DNA of 64,000 bases from a virus (lineage: Duplodnaviria; Caudoviricetes). Location: IMG/VR virus record IMGVR_UViG_3300020316_000005, positions 1 to 64,000 of that record. One strand, given 5' to 3'. The translations under genes were made by a program, and so were the position numbers. The notes under the pieces were generated by a model that saw only the letters and a list, made by a program, of their open reading frames with translations, had not been told where the DNA came from and ran no database searches. Of the stretch, positions 62,801-64,000 are shown one piece after another; positions within the stretch are counted from its first letter, which is position 1, and the number at the start of each line of letters is the position of its first letter.

Positions 62801-63998
62801 TAGGCGTATAAGCAATGGTTGAACCTGCACGGATTTTATATCTGACTCGCAGATAGTTCTGGGTGCTGAAGGTTTCAGTTGCGCCAAGGTCTTTCTGGTT
62901 GAGAGCACCGTTAAGATATAGATCTGAATTGAAGAGAGTGTCACCTTCAATGTAACCACCACCATCAAAGCGGAAAGCACCGTAATCGCCCCCAGAGATG
63001 ACAAAATTGTCATTGGCGTCAGTGGAAATTGTTGGATCATCAGTATCTTCAAGGTGAACGAATTGGGCAACATTCAGAGTGCCTTCGATGTCAGTGTTAC
63101 CATTGGTGCTACTGATTTGGAATTTGTTTGCTGTTCCATTGGTAATTGTAAATGTCTTACCAGTGGTATCCAACAGCATATTGTCGTGGAACGTGGATGC
63201 AGCATCCACATCCAAAGTGCTGTTCAGAGTTGTAGCAGCATCAACATCAAGAGTGCTGTTGAAAGTTACACCACCATCAACATCGAGGGTGCCATCCGAA
63301 TGGGTGTTGCCGTTATCAGTATCGATAACAAACTTCTCAGCAGTTCCATCAGTGATGGAGAAGACAGTATTGGGTCCAACAACTCTTACGTCGTCTTCAA
63401 ACGTGCTGTCAGAGTTGACAGTGACAGTATCGCTAGAAGCATTACCAAGAGTCACGTTGCCTTGGATATTCAGGTCACCCTGAGACAAGACATTACCGTT
63501 GGATGCAGTAACATAGAACTTGCCACTGTTTACATCCACATCACCAGCAATATCTGTGGTGCCACCGATGTAAACGTTTTCAGAAATACCAGCACCACCA
63601 GTGACCACGAGGGTTCCAGTTGTGGTGGAAGTGGATCCAGTATTTGTTGTCAGTGAAAGTGCACCTGCCTTCAGGTAAGCATCAACTCCACTAAAGACTT
63701 CGTTAGTATTGGTTGCGTTATACAGGAATGAATAACCACCTGTACCACCGTCAAGACGAGTTACACTCTCATCCCAACCATAGAAACCAACTCTTGCTTG
63801 TGAATCATAGTAAGAGAACTCAACACCACGGTCCTTACCATCATCAGTTGTAGGAGCAGTGTCGCCACCAAGAACGATGATGGGATCATCGACTGTGATT
63901 GTCGTCGAGTTTACAGTTGTGGTTGTACCATCAACTTGGAGGTTACCACGAATCTGGACAGTACCAGTGATACCATCGTCATCCTCAGGATCCAGAAC
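59811..63998 (-). CDS. Long tail fibre-like structural protein (start lies beyond the right edge)
   Basis: Frame open to the window edge; GxLxVxG repeats, two DDP..LGGDTAP..KDRG.EF modules, TDxLxEGxNLYY repeats. Confidence 0.85.
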   Translation of the reverse strand, partial: VLDPEDDDGITGTVQIRGNLQVDGTTTTVNSTTITVDDPIIVLGGDTAPTTDDGKDRGVEFSYYDSQARVGFYGWDESVTRLDGGTGGYSFLYNATNTNEVFSGVDAYLKAGALSLTTNTGSTSTTTGTLVVTGGAGISENVYIGGTTDIAGDVDVNSGKFYVTASNGNVLSQGDLNIQGNVTLGNASSDTVTVNSDSTFEDDVRVVGPNTVFSITDGTAEKFVIDTDNGNTHSDGTLDVDGGVTFNSTLDVDAATTLNSTLDVDAASTFHDNMLLDTTGKTFTITNGTANKFQISSTNGNTDIEGTLNVAQFVHLEDTDDPTISTDANDNFVISGGDYGAFRFDGGGYIEGDTLFNSDLYLNGALNQKDLGATETFSTQNYLRVRYKIRAGSTIAYTPNYATHGNSNLRVYGGAGIATDLHIGDDLYIGKLNSGDTVEFSVLGESGNTEIGRVGQGSNSAGTLTVHGEATFNNPTSFTHNVTIGNANSDTLTVNSDATFTDNATVNGDFTVDGNTVLEGNLTVNGSTTTINSTTQTLDDPVFTLGGDTAPSQADAKDRGIEFRYYSGSAKIGFFGWDNSASRFALYHNATNSSEAFSGTRSGIDAGSIKLFDTTNATNSSSGALIVGGGAGIGMDLYVGDDLSVADDTAIGGNLDVTGDFDLTSDFRVNTNKFTVASSSGNTLVAGTFTSAGQATLQQGLAVSSNTTVGGTLGVTAATTLSSTLAVTSNTTVGGTFDVSGASNVNNSLGVTGITTITNASAATTTGSYSGDGALRVTGGASIGGNLVAQGDVRVYGNSVIDGTVNYAGIQTYTEKARFNNSSDAISATNNGASIFTSGGLAVTKKAFIGDDLDVGAGNFTVDGPTGNSAVAGTLGVTGATTLTSLSASGVADLQSTLTLGGNFSINTNKFVVASSTGNTDIAGALDVTGTTELGVLNADNNVDFSGTSIAISNSNSTTNVSGIMRILKSSDSTGYNNTSAAFYTAGGASISKRLNVGGNFMVGGSGGVKTTITATNGNISTDGTLNVAQATTIGGTLGVTGQITGNLTGDVTGTATNADNIDITNTNNNTTFYPMFAAANTGHTGAFVDSQNLTYNPFSNTLSVTNFVSTTNFEVQGNLNVTGTITFFQSQVGSIANHDTDALTEGSTNLYFTEERVDDRVANLITGGTGISATYDDAGNMLTLSAVPADINTDNLTEGSTNIFYTEARFDASLATKDTGDLTEGTNLYYTQARADARVDAGFAAKDTGDLAEGTNLYYTQARVDARIGALAATTAQGALADSATQPGDLATVATTGSYNDLGNLPTLFSGAYADLTGKPTLFSGAYADLTGKPTLGSAAATDSTAYATAAQGTQADTNDTDIDDLFTALNAIGNDASITTVTQLKAALAALTR
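59990..60080 (-). repeat. 42-nt tandem coding repeat (PTLFSGAYADLTGK x2)
   Basis: Seen in the protein and in the degenerate DNA repeat. Confidence 0.7.
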
Positions 63999-64000
63999 CA

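Noticed and set aside
59844-63656. Multiple long plus-strand ORFs opposite the fibre gene
   Set aside because: Shadows of Thr/Gly/Val-rich repetitive coding sequence.
1-64000. CRISPR array, rRNA, integrase, alternative genetic code
   Set aside because: No spaced direct repeats, rRNA or recombinase motifs seen; core genes are intact in the standard code.

Overview
A 64 kb stretch of a T4-like marine cyanomyovirus genome (Kyanoviridae type). The host is probably Synechococcus or Prochlorococcus, judged from petE, PTOX, zwf, gnd and ndhP. Almost all genes are on the minus strand. In transcription order (right to left): a partial tail fibre, neck/tail genes g13-g15 and g16; a variable island (putative capsid-cargo genes, petE, PTOX, gnd, ndhP, zwf, many small membrane proteins); g17-g23, g3, uvsY, uvsW, g55, g47, g46 and tRNA-Ala; a vWA-peptidase/CobS pair; g45, g44, dam, g62, regA, hsp20, g43, uvsX, g41, mazG and a denV-like gene; then a late cluster of basic modular proteins. 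Six 2OG-Fe(II) oxygenases are interspersed. Best leads for an undescribed system: (1) the only plus-strand operon (17083-19478), a late four-gene unit with two secreted beta-rich proteins, a TolC-half-like protein and a Pro-rich membrane-anchored protein, possibly a phage-built surface filament or pore; (2) late proteins with T4 internal-protein-like capsid-targeting sequences and repeated gp21-type cleavage sites, including a T3-SAMase-like domain (55939-56625) and a HIGH nucleotidyltransferase, suggesting protease-released injected cargo; (3) a nuclease / ligase-like / nucleotidyltransferase trio (4937-8266). Regulatory oddities: tRNA-Ala overlaps the g46 stop codon, a near-consensus antisense sigma70 promoter sits back-to-back with the g55 promoter, and a dyad motif lies upstream of three early-type -10 boxes. 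All assignments come from motif reading and recalled family knowledge; no searches were run.
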